64,000 nucleotides of DNA, taken from the IMG/VR virus record IMGVR_UViG_3300034117_001582, positions 186,001-250,000 of that record. One strand, written 5' to 3'. Position 1 is the stretch's first letter. Each line of letters starts with the position of its first letter. A program made the translations under genes and the position numbers. The notes below the pieces were generated by a model. The model was given only the letters and a program-made list of their open reading frames with translations, had not been told where the DNA came from and ran no database searches. Shown here piece by piece: positions 28,692 to 38,447 of the stretch.

Positions 28692-29150
28692 TCACATATT
28701 ATTTTTAATAATAATCTCTTCTATATCTTCCATTAGTTTATCTGATATGATCACTTCATTCATAGTCACATGAGCATATTCGGTTGAAATAAAATATTTC
28801 ATAAAGTCCATTATCACACCAACGGTTGGTCTTAAGATGTAACTATCTTTTTTAAACCATGATGCTAATTTTTCTGTGGTGGATTCTCCTTTGTAATGGT
28901 CTAAAAATATTTTAACAATAATTGCTAAATACGGTTTTAAATTTCCAGTAATTCCCAAAATTGTTAAATCATAAACCGCGTAATCATAATATTCACCAAC
29001 AGAAATCATTTTTTTATTCCCAATAATTTCAAACGTAAATTCTATTACACCTCTTGGGTTGTCATCGTGAGGGGAAACATAGGTTTCGACTTCAAAACTA
29101 TTTTCTGATGCGATTTTATTAATCTTTAAAATTTCTTTTTCTGTAAACAT
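28692..29150 (-). CDS. Hypothetical protein
   Basis: ORF coupled to the upstream GNAT gene. Confidence 0.65.
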   Translation of the reverse strand: MFTEKEILKINKIASENSFEVETYVSPHDDNPRGVIEFTFEIIGNKKMISVGEYYDYAVYDLTILGITGNLKPYLAIIVKIFLDHYKGESTTEKLASWFKKDSYILRPTVGVIMDFMKYFISTEYAHVTMNEVIISDKLMEDIEEIIIKNNM

Positions 29151-29152
29151 TT

Positions 29153-29617
29153 TTATAATTCAAGATATAACACATCTCTTTCTTCATTTGATTGGTGTTT
29201 TTTATACCCCAACTTATTCATTAATTTTTGAGACCCAACATTATCGTGTCTAACAATGTTAGTAGCATATTTATACCCAAGATTTTTAATTATGTCGTGA
29301 CACTCGTGTTTTAGTTTTTCACCCCAACCCTGTCTTTGGTACGGTTGGTCAATGTCTAAACTATATTGATACACACAATTATCTTGATTAAACATATCAT
29401 TATTGGTTTCCATAAACTTAGTCAAATTAGGACTTAAAGATAACCCATTTTCAAAATCTATAATATTTGTTTCACCGATATGTTTACCATCTGTAGTTAT
29501 GATACATACTATCATACCATTTGGAGATTTAATGTCCCCATAAGTTACTATTTCGTAATCTTTAACACTTTCGTACATTATTGATTTAATTCGGTTTATA
29601 CTCTCATATAGATTCAT
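29153..29617 (-). CDS. GNAT acetyltransferase with MNLYESINRIK leader
   Basis: LDIDQPYQRQGWG...N.GSQKLMNKLGY; start reset to MNLYES with TATTTAT just upstream. Confidence 0.85.
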   Translation of the reverse strand: MNLYESINRIKSIMYESVKDYEIVTYGDIKSPNGMIVCIITTDGKHIGETNIIDFENGLSLSPNLTKFMETNNDMFNQDNCVYQYSLDIDQPYQRQGWGEKLKHECHDIIKNLGYKYATNIVRHDNVGSQKLMNKLGYKKHQSNEERDVLYLEL

Positions 29618-29649
29618 AAATATAAATATCAAATATCTTAATAAAATAT

Positions 29650-29680
29650 TTTGTTCATTTAGAAAAATGCATTATTTTTG
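29650..29680 (+). promoter_or_regulatory. Bacteroidetes-type promoter
   Basis: TTTG 29650-53, N19, TATTTTTG 29673-80. Confidence 0.7.
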
Positions 29681-29709
29681 TATAAATAACTAATCAGCCC
29701 CACATAACC

Positions 29710-30366
29710 ATGAAAACTTTAGTTCTTGTTCTTTTTGTTTTATCTTATCTTTCTTTGAATTCTCAGGTTAATACCGATTCTATTGAATCAATTATGATAC
29801 AATTAATCAGAAAAGATAGGGGGTTAAAAGGGACTACTTATTTATACACATCAGAAAGATGTAAAAAAGTGTCTAAGATTCATTTGGATTATACCATGAA
29901 GTATCTTAACGCAGATATGTACTCGCACAATGAAACAATACCTTTTTACAGTAAAAAGGTTTTACGTTCTCCGTCAGATAGATACTCACTTTTTGATAAA
30001 GATTCCGTAACTATAAAAGTTATGGATGACCTTTATAAAAAAGTAACTCTTTGGTGTTATGACGCAGAAATCATGACAGGTTGCTATGTTACGGATATTA
30101 ATGAACCTAACATCAATAAAATAATTGCTGAAAAATTGTTTATGAAATTTAAAAACTCACCAACACATTATAAGTCAATGGTTCAAAACCCAACTGACGG
30201 TCAAATTTATAGAGGTAATTTCTCAATTAGTTATAAAAAAGAAATGATTAATGGTGTAGAATATTATAGTTTTGACTGCGTTGGTGTTTTTGACGAATCA
30301 AGATACTACCCATCAGAAACAAATCGTTATAAAAAAAGTAAAGAAAGTAATTTTTATTTTGACTAA
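29710..30366 (+). CDS. Secreted CAP (SCP/Tpx-1/Ag5)-like protein
   Basis: Signal peptide ..SLNSQ; YSHNE...AEI...FKNSPTHYKSM. Confidence 0.6.
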   Translation: MKTLVLVLFVLSYLSLNSQVNTDSIESIMIQLIRKDRGLKGTTYLYTSERCKKVSKIHLDYTMKYLNADMYSHNETIPFYSKKVLRSPSDRYSLFDKDSVTIKVMDDLYKKVTLWCYDAEIMTGCYVTDINEPNINKIIAEKLFMKFKNSPTHYKSMVQNPTDGQIYRGNFSISYKKEMINGVEYYSFDCVGVFDESRYYPSETNRYKKSKESNFYFD

Positions 30367-30370
30367 AAAT

Positions 30371-32137
30371 TTATCTGATTAAATCTGAGTTCATATCCTC
30401 GTCGGCATATTTTTCAAACCTTGGCTCCTTTAAATAATCCACTTTAGGTGGGAATCTTCCACAATATTTAGGGATTGATGCGAACCAATAGTTTTTTAAT
30501 CTTGCATATTTTTTACCTCCGTACGTTATTACTTCATTTGTGTGTGTCGTTAACGGGACTTTGGTCCCGTACGCATTTTCACAAGATTGTCCACCTCTAC
30601 GATCACTCGCACCCATATATGGATCCATAAAGTCGCTGTTAGCGTTCATCAACGAAACAGCATTACCGTAAGAAAAACTATTATCGAACGATACCATATC
30701 GAATGTATTGGTTTTACCTAACTCATCGGTAATAGTTAAACTATTATTATTTACGGTAGCGTTTGACACAAAGTCATCAAACTCTTCAGGAATTTTTAAA
30801 TAATCAACATAATCCATTCTTAAATAAACACCTTTAGTTGCGTTAGTAAAATTACTATTTGGTAATTCCGCAGATATTGCAATTGGACCTAAAGTTTCAT
30901 CTGATTGTTCAAACAATCTCATTTGTCCATTTACCCCCATTTTAATATCAACAGGATTATATTTGGCTTGATATTCTATTTGTCTATTGAATTTTTCTTT
31001 AGTCTTTTCTTTATATTTAATTTCATCGGCAGGATTAATAATTTCTAATTCAGGAGCATTCGCAACTAAAAGCATACTTCGGTATTTTGAACCTCTTTTA
31101 GATTCGCCCTGACCTAGGTAACTTATAGGTGTCATCTCATTTATAGTGATTTTAACTCCTGTTTGTTTTTCTATCTCATCAATTAGTAAAACCGCATAAT
31201 TATGTGCCCTACTTTTTGCTAAGTATAAGTTCATTTTTTCTAATTCTTCTTTTGTTTGTGGATTGTTTTTGTTAGGTCTCCTTACTCCCCCATAATTGTG
31301 GTCAATTACTGTGTAACCTGCAGGTGATTTCCATGTTGGGTTTGCAGAGTCGGCTTGACCTTGTATTGTTACGTTTGTTAAATTTTTTGCACCACCCGCT
31401 TCTATATAGTCTACAAAATCTTTAACAATAATATTAAATTCATTTTTAGCTGAAGGATATTTTTTAAAATCAACATTAACAATATTATCAGGAAATGCTC
31501 TATAATCAGAATTGACCTCAAATTTGTCTAATGTTGGTTTGTCTTTGATAGGTTCTAATTCGGGTTTAGGTTCAGTTCCAGGTTTTTTAACGTTAAACGC
31601 TTCAGAAGTTCCCGCAAAAATATACCCCATACTTTTTCCAACGTTATAAGCATTTGGATATTGTGAGGTACCTAAAAATAATGTTCCTGAATTTTTACCT
31701 AACCAATTTGCCCCTTCTAAATTTTGTTTTACCTCCCTATCATTTGCCCTTTTATTACGTCTTGTATCCCTTCTAGATAAATCACTATTTTTATCTTTAT
31801 TTTTATCAACCACAACTTTTGTATTGTCCATAGCAATATATCCGTCACATTGGACAAGTTTTGGAGTACCATTAGGGTGTGATTCACTAAATAACTTACT
31901 TAAATCAGACGAAGTAAAAATATTCATTTTTTTACCAAATTCGGTTGGTTGGAAATTACCGTCTTCAAAAATACCTATCGGAGTTTGTTCACCGTCTTCA
32001 GCAACATAACAATATTGTTTACGGTCTTTTTTTTCCGTTAACGTTATTTTTGAATAATTTTCTGATAGGGTAACATTACTATCGTAATTAACCATTAGTT
32101 TAAATCTTTTTATATCTTCTAAAAGTCTGTTGTTCAT
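30371..32137 (-). CDS. Leader-bearing protein with an OmpA_C-like motif
   Basis: MNNRLLEDIKRFKLMVNY...LSEN; VTIQGQADS...NLYLAKSRAHN; start reset to 32137 with TATTTAT upstream. Confidence 0.6.
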   Translation of the reverse strand: MNNRLLEDIKRFKLMVNYDSNVTLSENYSKITLTEKKDRKQYCYVAEDGEQTPIGIFEDGNFQPTEFGKKMNIFTSSDLSKLFSESHPNGTPKLVQCDGYIAMDNTKVVVDKNKDKNSDLSRRDTRRNKRANDREVKQNLEGANWLGKNSGTLFLGTSQYPNAYNVGKSMGYIFAGTSEAFNVKKPGTEPKPELEPIKDKPTLDKFEVNSDYRAFPDNIVNVDFKKYPSAKNEFNIIVKDFVDYIEAGGAKNLTNVTIQGQADSANPTWKSPAGYTVIDHNYGGVRRPNKNNPQTKEELEKMNLYLAKSRAHNYAVLLIDEIEKQTGVKITINEMTPISYLGQGESKRGSKYRSMLLVANAPELEIINPADEIKYKEKTKEKFNRQIEYQAKYNPVDIKMGVNGQMRLFEQSDETLGPIAISAELPNSNFTNATKGVYLRMDYVDYLKIPEEFDDFVSNATVNNNSLTITDELGKTNTFDMVSFDNSFSYGNAVSLMNANSDFMDPYMGASDRRGGQSCENAYGTKVPLTTHTNEVITYGGKKYARLKNYWFASIPKYCGRFPPKVDYLKEPRFEKYADEDMNSDLIR

Positions 32138-32178
32138 AAATCTTTTTTTAATAAATATAAAATAATTACAAAAAATGT

Positions 32179-32209
32179 TTTGTAGATTCAAAAAAGTGTA
32201 CTATATTTG
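32179..32209 (+). promoter_or_regulatory. Bacteroidetes-type promoter
   Basis: TTTG 32179-82, N19, TATATTTG 32202-09. Confidence 0.75.
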
Positions 32210-32237
32210 TAGTATAACCAATTAAAACCATATAACC

Positions 32238-32771
32238 ATGAAAAATTTATCTCTTATTCTTTTTGTTTTTATTTCACAAGTATTATTCTCACAAGTTACT
32301 TACGATGCTAACGATCCGTTTTCAAAAATCACAAAACAAAGTGTGGAATTAGTTACTGGTGCCGATTATGTTACCATGAGTAAAACATTAATGAACGAAA
32401 TAAACACATACCGTTTACAAAATGGTTTACCTAAATTGGCTTATGATGAAAAAATGTTTACATACTCTAAATTGTACGCCGACAGTATGACATCAACAAA
32501 CACTTATAATCACAGTGATTTGAATGGTGGTGAATACAAATTGGAAAATATTAACCTATTGAAAACTGTTGGTACATTTTTATTTTTAGATGAAAAAATG
32601 GTTAAAAGTATTCCAACTACAATCTTAAATTCATGGGAATCTTCTCCAGGTCACAACGCAAACCTTTTGAGTAAAGATGTTACAAAAGTTGGTATTGCAA
32701 TATCATCAGTTGTATATATGAAAAACGGGTTTTACGTTTACGACATAAAAGCGGTAATGGTTGCTAAATAA
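32238..32771 (+). CDS. Secreted CAP-domain protein
   Basis: Signal peptide ..VLFSQ; NEINTYRLQNGLPKL...YNHSD...ENI...WESSPGHNANLL...VGIA. Confidence 0.88.
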   Translation: MKNLSLILFVFISQVLFSQVTYDANDPFSKITKQSVELVTGADYVTMSKTLMNEINTYRLQNGLPKLAYDEKMFTYSKLYADSMTSTNTYNHSDLNGGEYKLENINLLKTVGTFLFLDEKMVKSIPTTILNSWESSPGHNANLLSKDVTKVGIAISSVVYMKNGFYVYDIKAVMVAK

Positions 32772-32827
32772 GTAACCATTACCATTTTGGATAATCGGTT
32801 AATCGATCACCACTACGTATAGTCCTT

Positions 32828-34675
32828 TTAACCCCAATTTGGACAATCTGTTGATCGACCACCACTAGGTATAAACCCTCTAGGAAACCTTTTACCAAAT
32901 TTAATCTTACCAATTTTTGGCCAATTAATTTCAATTTTTTTCCTCCTTGCCCAAGTAATTTCACCACTAAAATCACCTGCAGTTGCCATTACGTACTCTC
33001 CTGTTGGTGTTACTGTTGCTAACTCTTCAGGGGCTATTAATTGTATGGATATACCAACCGATGATTTTCTATATCCAGCATAAGTTATTTCATAATCATC
33101 TTTAAGTGATTGGTCATTTGCTCTTGAAGCATAAAACTGTCTTGGTGTTAACTTTTTATTCTTATATGCCGCTTGATATAATGGGCCATAAGATTCAATA
33201 CCATATTTTGTTCCGTAGTTTTCACCACCCATACTTTCCCATTCAGGGCCTTTGTTGGCCTCTGATTGTTTAACTAATGTCATAATTTTATTGGTAATTG
33301 GTTCATCATCTTTGTCAGTCATATCTCCAAGAATACTATTTAAAAGTTCTTTAAACTTTAAATCCATAGCGGTTAATCTTGCATTTGCCAATTTATTATT
33401 GTTTGCCTTACTAAAAAACTTTTTTGTTTTAAACGCGTCTCCAGTACCAAAAGAAGTGTTTACCGCACTGGTTGCAGCATAACTACCAACACCAATACTT
33501 ACAATAGTAACCTTTTCTTTACCATATCGTTTTTGTAAATCAGAAATAAGTAGTTTTACTTTATCTGCAAGACCCTCCATAGCAGTAACGGCATCACTAC
33601 CAATATTTGTCCTATCATCACCAAAAAAGTTATCTGCTTGTTTGTTTTTTGTCGCTTGGTCGGCGTTTTCATCAGGGTATGAAAAATTTATAACTCGTAA
33701 CAATTCAATTGTTGTTTTGGTTCCAACACCGGATTCTTGACCCACAGCCGTTGCCTCTCCCTCAATAAATTCAATATAATCCGCCTCGGCAACAACGCTA
33801 GGTATATTTAATTCAATTAACTTACCTTTTCTAATTCCGTCTCTACTTTCAGGATTTTGCATTTTTTGATTCACCAAATTTTGGATGTCAGTTAATATTT
33901 TAAGTCTTGACGTATCATCGGCTGAAACATCAATATTTAGGGAATATTTTTTGTTCTTTCCCGTTAATATTGATTGAATAAAAGTTTTAGACGTGGTTGC
34001 GTTTATTACGTCTTGGTCCGTATACCCACCTTTAGTGTAAAAACCCAATAATTTAGTATTTGTATTTGGTAGGTCCTTGGTTTTAATAAACTTATCTAAA
34101 GATAAATTAAGGTCCTTTAAATTTTTATCGGATATGTATATTTTTTGAGCGATAGCGGCGGTAATCGATTTAGGTATCATAGCAAGTTGAGCTTTAACCT
34201 TACCATCGATTTCTGAAGTACCATTTAATTGGTCCACAACTTGTGTTTGATATTTATCGGCGTATGCTTTCATTCCCGCATCATCTCCAACAGGCACATA
34301 ATCACCATTCCACACGGCTTCAGCGCCGCGTAATCCATACCAAGGATCTTTACTTACCCATATATAAAGAGACTTTTTAACATCCTCATCAGACATTTTC
34401 TTTTTGTTATTTTTATACCATTCCATAATTGGCATATAAATTTGTAATTTAGAGTACGGTCTTAAGGAGTCCCTTGCAATAACATAATTAATAAATTGGT
34501 CGGTGTTTGCTTCCCAAAAGTCAGTCGTACCACTATTAGACCAATCGTATTTAGAAAGGTCAGGTTCTTTAGTTTCGTCTTCTTCAGTTAAAAATCTTTT
34601 ACCCGCAGCATTATAATGCATTTCAAGTATTTTGGCCTTTTCTTTATGCGATACCTCAAATAAATTTTTTTTCAT
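32828..34675 (-). CDS. 615-aa leader-bearing protein with a divergent OmpA_C-like motif
   Basis: VSHKEKAKILEMH...FLTEED; SIGVGSYAATS...NNKLANARLTAM. Confidence 0.5.
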   Translation of the reverse strand: MKKNLFEVSHKEKAKILEMHYNAAGKRFLTEEDETKEPDLSKYDWSNSGTTDFWEANTDQFINYVIARDSLRPYSKLQIYMPIMEWYKNNKKKMSDEDVKKSLYIWVSKDPWYGLRGAEAVWNGDYVPVGDDAGMKAYADKYQTQVVDQLNGTSEIDGKVKAQLAMIPKSITAAIAQKIYISDKNLKDLNLSLDKFIKTKDLPNTNTKLLGFYTKGGYTDQDVINATTSKTFIQSILTGKNKKYSLNIDVSADDTSRLKILTDIQNLVNQKMQNPESRDGIRKGKLIELNIPSVVAEADYIEFIEGEATAVGQESGVGTKTTIELLRVINFSYPDENADQATKNKQADNFFGDDRTNIGSDAVTAMEGLADKVKLLISDLQKRYGKEKVTIVSIGVGSYAATSAVNTSFGTGDAFKTKKFFSKANNNKLANARLTAMDLKFKELLNSILGDMTDKDDEPITNKIMTLVKQSEANKGPEWESMGGENYGTKYGIESYGPLYQAAYKNKKLTPRQFYASRANDQSLKDDYEITYAGYRKSSVGISIQLIAPEELATVTPTGEYVMATAGDFSGEITWARRKKIEINWPKIGKIKFGKRFPRGFIPSGGRSTDCPNWG

Positions 34676-34699
34676 AATATTAATATTTTATAATAAATA

Positions 34700-34879
34700 T
34701 CACAATCTAGATAAACGATTCATAATATCTCTAACTTTAGATTCTAAAACTCGAATTCTCTGGATTTGTTCTTGATTTAATTCAAAACTTTCACCTTTAA
34801 CGGCGCTAATTTCATTAGATAATTTTGTGTGTTCAAACATCATTTGATTATACACTTGGGCTTTTTGTTCATTTGTCAT
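34700..34879 (-). CDS. 59-aa coiled-coil protein (below the ORF-track cutoff)
   Basis: My translation: MTNEQKAQVYNQMMFEHTKLSNEISAVKGESFELNQEQIQRIRVLESKVRDIMNRLSRL*; TATTTAT upstream. Confidence 0.65.
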   Translation of the reverse strand: MTNEQKAQVYNQMMFEHTKLSNEISAVKGESFELNQEQIQRIRVLESKVRDIMNRLSRL

Positions 34880-34932
34880 AAGGTATGGTAGTACATTTGT
34901 AGATATTATAAATACTTTATATTCTTGGTTTG

Positions 34933-35910
34933 TTATAATCCTTTTTTATATGTGGTATTAACTCGAGTGTTATCAGGAATATTACCCGCAGGGATATATA
35001 TATCGCCTTTATTATATTGTTGATAATCCGTTTTCATCACCGGTTTCACATCTTTTTCAACTGCGTTGTGATATTTTTTGGTTATGACAGGATACTTCCC
35101 ACCGTCTCCCCACGTTAAATGTGATGATGAAGGATTTCGTGGATTACCATCCTTGTCTATAAACCCAAACCAACTATATTTGGTATTGTTCGTTAAACTT
35201 AAATGAAAATGAGGACCTGATGCCGCACCTGATGGGTTAAGTCTTTCATTTATAAACCCAATTCTATTTCCATACTTACGACTCGACATAATACTAATTA
35301 CCGCTTCTTCAATTTTTTTGTCATTCACGTTATTCATACCGGCTGTTGGTACAACATCTATTGCGTCGCCAGTTTTATGAGCACTATTGTAGGAAAGCTT
35401 GGTATGAAACTTATCATTTCCTCCTGTTATTTCTAAGTCTAATCCGCTTAAATCGCTTATATCTTTAGCCAAATCAATTAATTCTACATTAAAATTAAAT
35501 CCATCAAATAATCCTGAAACAATTTCAGGAACAAATGTATTATAAGCGCTAGGTAAAACGTCTTTAATTTTTTGTAACTGAATATTGTTCACAACGTCAC
35601 CCCAACGGGTTTGATTTTTAGTGGTTGACGCTTTATCTTTTAATTTTAACCCTTTATTCAAGGCATAATTTACAATTTTAATTGAATCTGAAACGTGTTT
35701 ATTTAAAGTAATATCTGTTTTACAACATTTAATACTATTTGTGCCGTCAGGACATGGGCATCTTACCTCTTCATTTAAGACATAAGTATTAATTGTTCCA
35801 GATTTATATTTTATAAAAGTTGAGAAATTTTCAGTAACGATTTTTAAAGTTTCTGTATATTGGTTTTTAATTTCTTCTATTTCTTTTTTTGTTATTAATA
35901 TTTTTTTCAA
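34933..35910 (-). CDS. Peptidase M15-like (LAS/Hedgehog fold) zinc peptidase with leader (TTG start)
   Basis: ITGGND...SAHKTGDAIDV...GPHFHLS; leader MKKILITKKEIEEIKNQY...VTE. Confidence 0.7.
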   Translation of the reverse strand: MKKILITKKEIEEIKNQYTETLKIVTENFSTFIKYKSGTINTYVLNEEVRCPCPDGTNSIKCCKTDITLNKHVSDSIKIVNYALNKGLKLKDKASTTKNQTRWGDVVNNIQLQKIKDVLPSAYNTFVPEIVSGLFDGFNFNVELIDLAKDISDLSGLDLEITGGNDKFHTKLSYNSAHKTGDAIDVVPTAGMNNVNDKKIEEAVISIMSSRKYGNRIGFINERLNPSGAASGPHFHLSLTNNTKYSWFGFIDKDGNPRNPSSSHLTWGDGGKYPVITKKYHNAVEKDVKPVMKTDYQQYNKGDIYIPAGNIPDNTRVNTTYKKGL

Positions 35911-35934
35911 AATAAATTATTTTCATTATTTATG

Positions 35935-37026
35935 TTAACAATTAGCATCAGCAATTTTCATATCATCTAAAATGTCGTTAATTACTTTCATAACCTCATC
36001 AGCTAACATACCATTAGCCATATCTAATAACATTTGATTCATATCAACAATTCCTCCAGTAACATATTCAACTTCCATACCAAGAGCATATACTAATTGG
36101 GTAAGAGCATTTGAATCGTAGATGTTAGTTGGAATTTCAATTGTTAATGAATCTAACTGTAAGTAGTATCCCGATTTATCACTTCCATCACAAACAATTG
36201 TTAACGTTCCTTTACCGCTCCCTTTAACGTCTGTAGCAATGATAGGTAAATTACCATCCACTGCAGGAATTGGGTCTTGCCATAATTTATAGTAAGAGTT
36301 AGCAATAACTTGTGGAACATTTAAGTCCATAGAAATGGTAAACACATTTAACTCGTTTTCTTTAGGGACCATGTCATAAACATTAGTCACTTGAACTGTA
36401 CCAACACCTTTAATGTTTAATAATCTAAATGAATATCCTCCAGTAATGGTTAAATAACCACACCCATCAACACATGAGTTGTACATAGAATCGGCTCCCG
36501 ATTTACAATCAGATGACATTTTGTTACAACTATCTGTACAACTTTGGTAAGGGAATGCGTCGTCACATCCGTTTTTACATTTTTTAGACATATCATCACA
36601 TGAGTTTTCACAAGACTTAATTCCAAAACATCCAGCCTTACAGGTTTTTCTTGCAGCATCACAAGTACCACAACAACCATCGTAACCAACTTTAACACCA
36701 TCACATCCTGTATTACATGTTGCTCTTGTCGCATCACAAACACCATAAGCGGTAGATTTAGTTGCTTTACATATTTCAATACAATCGTTGTTTAATGTTT
36801 GTTCTTCGTAGCTATCGTGAACATAAACCTCATCACAAAATTCAATGTCGTTAATTACTGATGTTTTATCACATTTAGAGGACACTTTAAATTCCATACC
36901 TTGAATTGCCGGTGATTGGATGATAGTGTTTAGTGCGGTTAAGACTTTACCCTCAATAGTATTGGGGTCTAAAGATACTTTTTGTTTTTTAAAAAAGTTT
37001 TTAATAAATTTAATAAGTTTTTTCAT
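35935..37026 (-). CDS. Cys-rich repeat protein with a beta-rich C-terminal domain
   Basis: Over 20 Cys in C-x3-C-x6-C-x3-C-like spacing; start reset to MKKLIKF with TATTTAT upstream. Confidence 0.75.
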   Translation of the reverse strand: MKKLIKFIKNFFKKQKVSLDPNTIEGKVLTALNTIIQSPAIQGMEFKVSSKCDKTSVINDIEFCDEVYVHDSYEEQTLNNDCIEICKATKSTAYGVCDATRATCNTGCDGVKVGYDGCCGTCDAARKTCKAGCFGIKSCENSCDDMSKKCKNGCDDAFPYQSCTDSCNKMSSDCKSGADSMYNSCVDGCGYLTITGGYSFRLLNIKGVGTVQVTNVYDMVPKENELNVFTISMDLNVPQVIANSYYKLWQDPIPAVDGNLPIIATDVKGSGKGTLTIVCDGSDKSGYYLQLDSLTIEIPTNIYDSNALTQLVYALGMEVEYVTGGIVDMNQMLLDMANGMLADEVMKVINDILDDMKIADANC

Positions 37027-37093
37027 AATTATATTTTTATTATAAATACATCGCATATAAAGAAAACCCAATTATCAGTGAGGTATAGTTTTA

Positions 37094-37741
37094 TTATATT
37101 ATCTTAGTGTTGTAATAGGTTGCTATCCAATCGGCATTTAGTAATGGCGATTTAGTTATTATTGAATCTATCTTACTATAATGATTCTCAGTCTCCCAAT
37201 ACGTTTCAACACCTTGTAAAAAATCATCATAGTATTCAAGAGCGTCTTCAATGTCTATAACTTCACCATCACACGTAGCTTTGGTTGGTTTAAAACTATT
37301 ATTTATTGAAAACTCATCTTCATCCCAATTGGAGGTGATACCAATATTTTTACCATAGATTCTATAATTAGTTGGGTTGTTACTTTGACCAACCCAAACT
37401 TGGAAAGATATAAAAGGTAATTCATCAAAGACCTGTTTAATTTCCTTTATTGTTTTATTATTTAAAACTAACCCTTCTTTAACGTCAGCACTAAATTTAA
37501 TAAAAATCTTTTCGTTAATGTATTTTTCAAAAGATTCGACAACTTCATTTAATTCTTCTGCAACCAACGGAGTAAAGTATGACAATTTATTTGGATTAGA
37601 TATATTAAAATACATCACATTTTGTATCTCCATTCTTCGAGTCCTTTTGCCGATTGAAGTTGGAGTTAATTTTAACCCATGAATATCAATCACATCGCCA
37701 GCAAATTGTTTAAATAACTTAAGTATTTTTTCTTGTTCCAT
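37094..37741 (-). CDS. Hypothetical protein
   Basis: ORF; start moved to MEQEK, 10 nt after the upstream stop. Confidence 0.65.
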   Translation of the reverse strand: MEQEKILKLFKQFAGDVIDIHGLKLTPTSIGKRTRRMEIQNVMYFNISNPNKLSYFTPLVAEELNEVVESFEKYINEKIFIKFSADVKEGLVLNNKTIKEIKQVFDELPFISFQVWVGQSNNPTNYRIYGKNIGITSNWDEDEFSINNSFKPTKATCDGEVIDIEDALEYYDDFLQGVETYWETENHYSKIDSIITKSPLLNADWIATYYNTKII

Positions 37742-37751
37742 TATAATAATA

Positions 37752-38447
37752 TCATTCTTCAAAATATATATCAACCAAATCTTTAATTGTTAACCCAATA
37801 ATATCAACTCCAAGATTTTCCAAAAAAATAGATTCGGATTTATTATACCCATCTTGGTCTACTAAATAACTAGATCCGTCAACTCGAGGTCGATATAAAT
37901 AAAGTTTGTTTACATATTGATTACCAATCTTATAACCTTTAGTAATGTTCATCACATAAAACGGACCACCATCATTTAACATCCTGTTAAAATCTTTTGG
38001 ATAAAAATGTGAGGTAAATATAAGTGGAAGCTCTTCAAAACTTTGAATCATTTTAATTTTTCCATCAAGGTCAATTCCAAACTCATCTTTAAGAAAAATT
38101 TTATTTTTATCATTTGATGTGGATTCATTAATGTTTTTATCCTTATATAAACGAGAACTAAAATAATCTCTAATTACGGAAATATAATTAGTTTGAGTAA
38201 ACTGTTTTATTTGTTTTTTTAATTCTTCTTTTTCATCTCCCTGAAAAGATGTACGATTAACGATTTCATTTGCAATTTTCAATGTAACGACATCTATGAA
38301 TGCATCGTAGTATTCCATATTAAGTGGGGACCGATCATCACCTTGTAAATATTCGTAGGTCAAATCCATCGTAGGCTCAATCATATATTCAATTTCTGAA
38401 ACTCTACGTAATAGACGATGTTGATTTTCTGTTATAATGATTTTCAT
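37752..38447 (-). CDS. MKIIITE-leader two-module protein
   Basis: Module 2 after INES is homologous to the C-terminal modules of 38444 and 46217. Confidence 0.75.
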   Translation of the reverse strand: MKIIITENQHRLLRRVSEIEYMIEPTMDLTYEYLQGDDRSPLNMEYYDAFIDVVTLKIANEIVNRTSFQGDEKEELKKQIKQFTQTNYISVIRDYFSSRLYKDKNINESTSNDKNKIFLKDEFGIDLDGKIKMIQSFEELPLIFTSHFYPKDFNRMLNDGGPFYVMNITKGYKIGNQYVNKLYLYRPRVDGSSYLVDQDGYNKSESIFLENLGVDIIGLTIKDLVDIYFEE

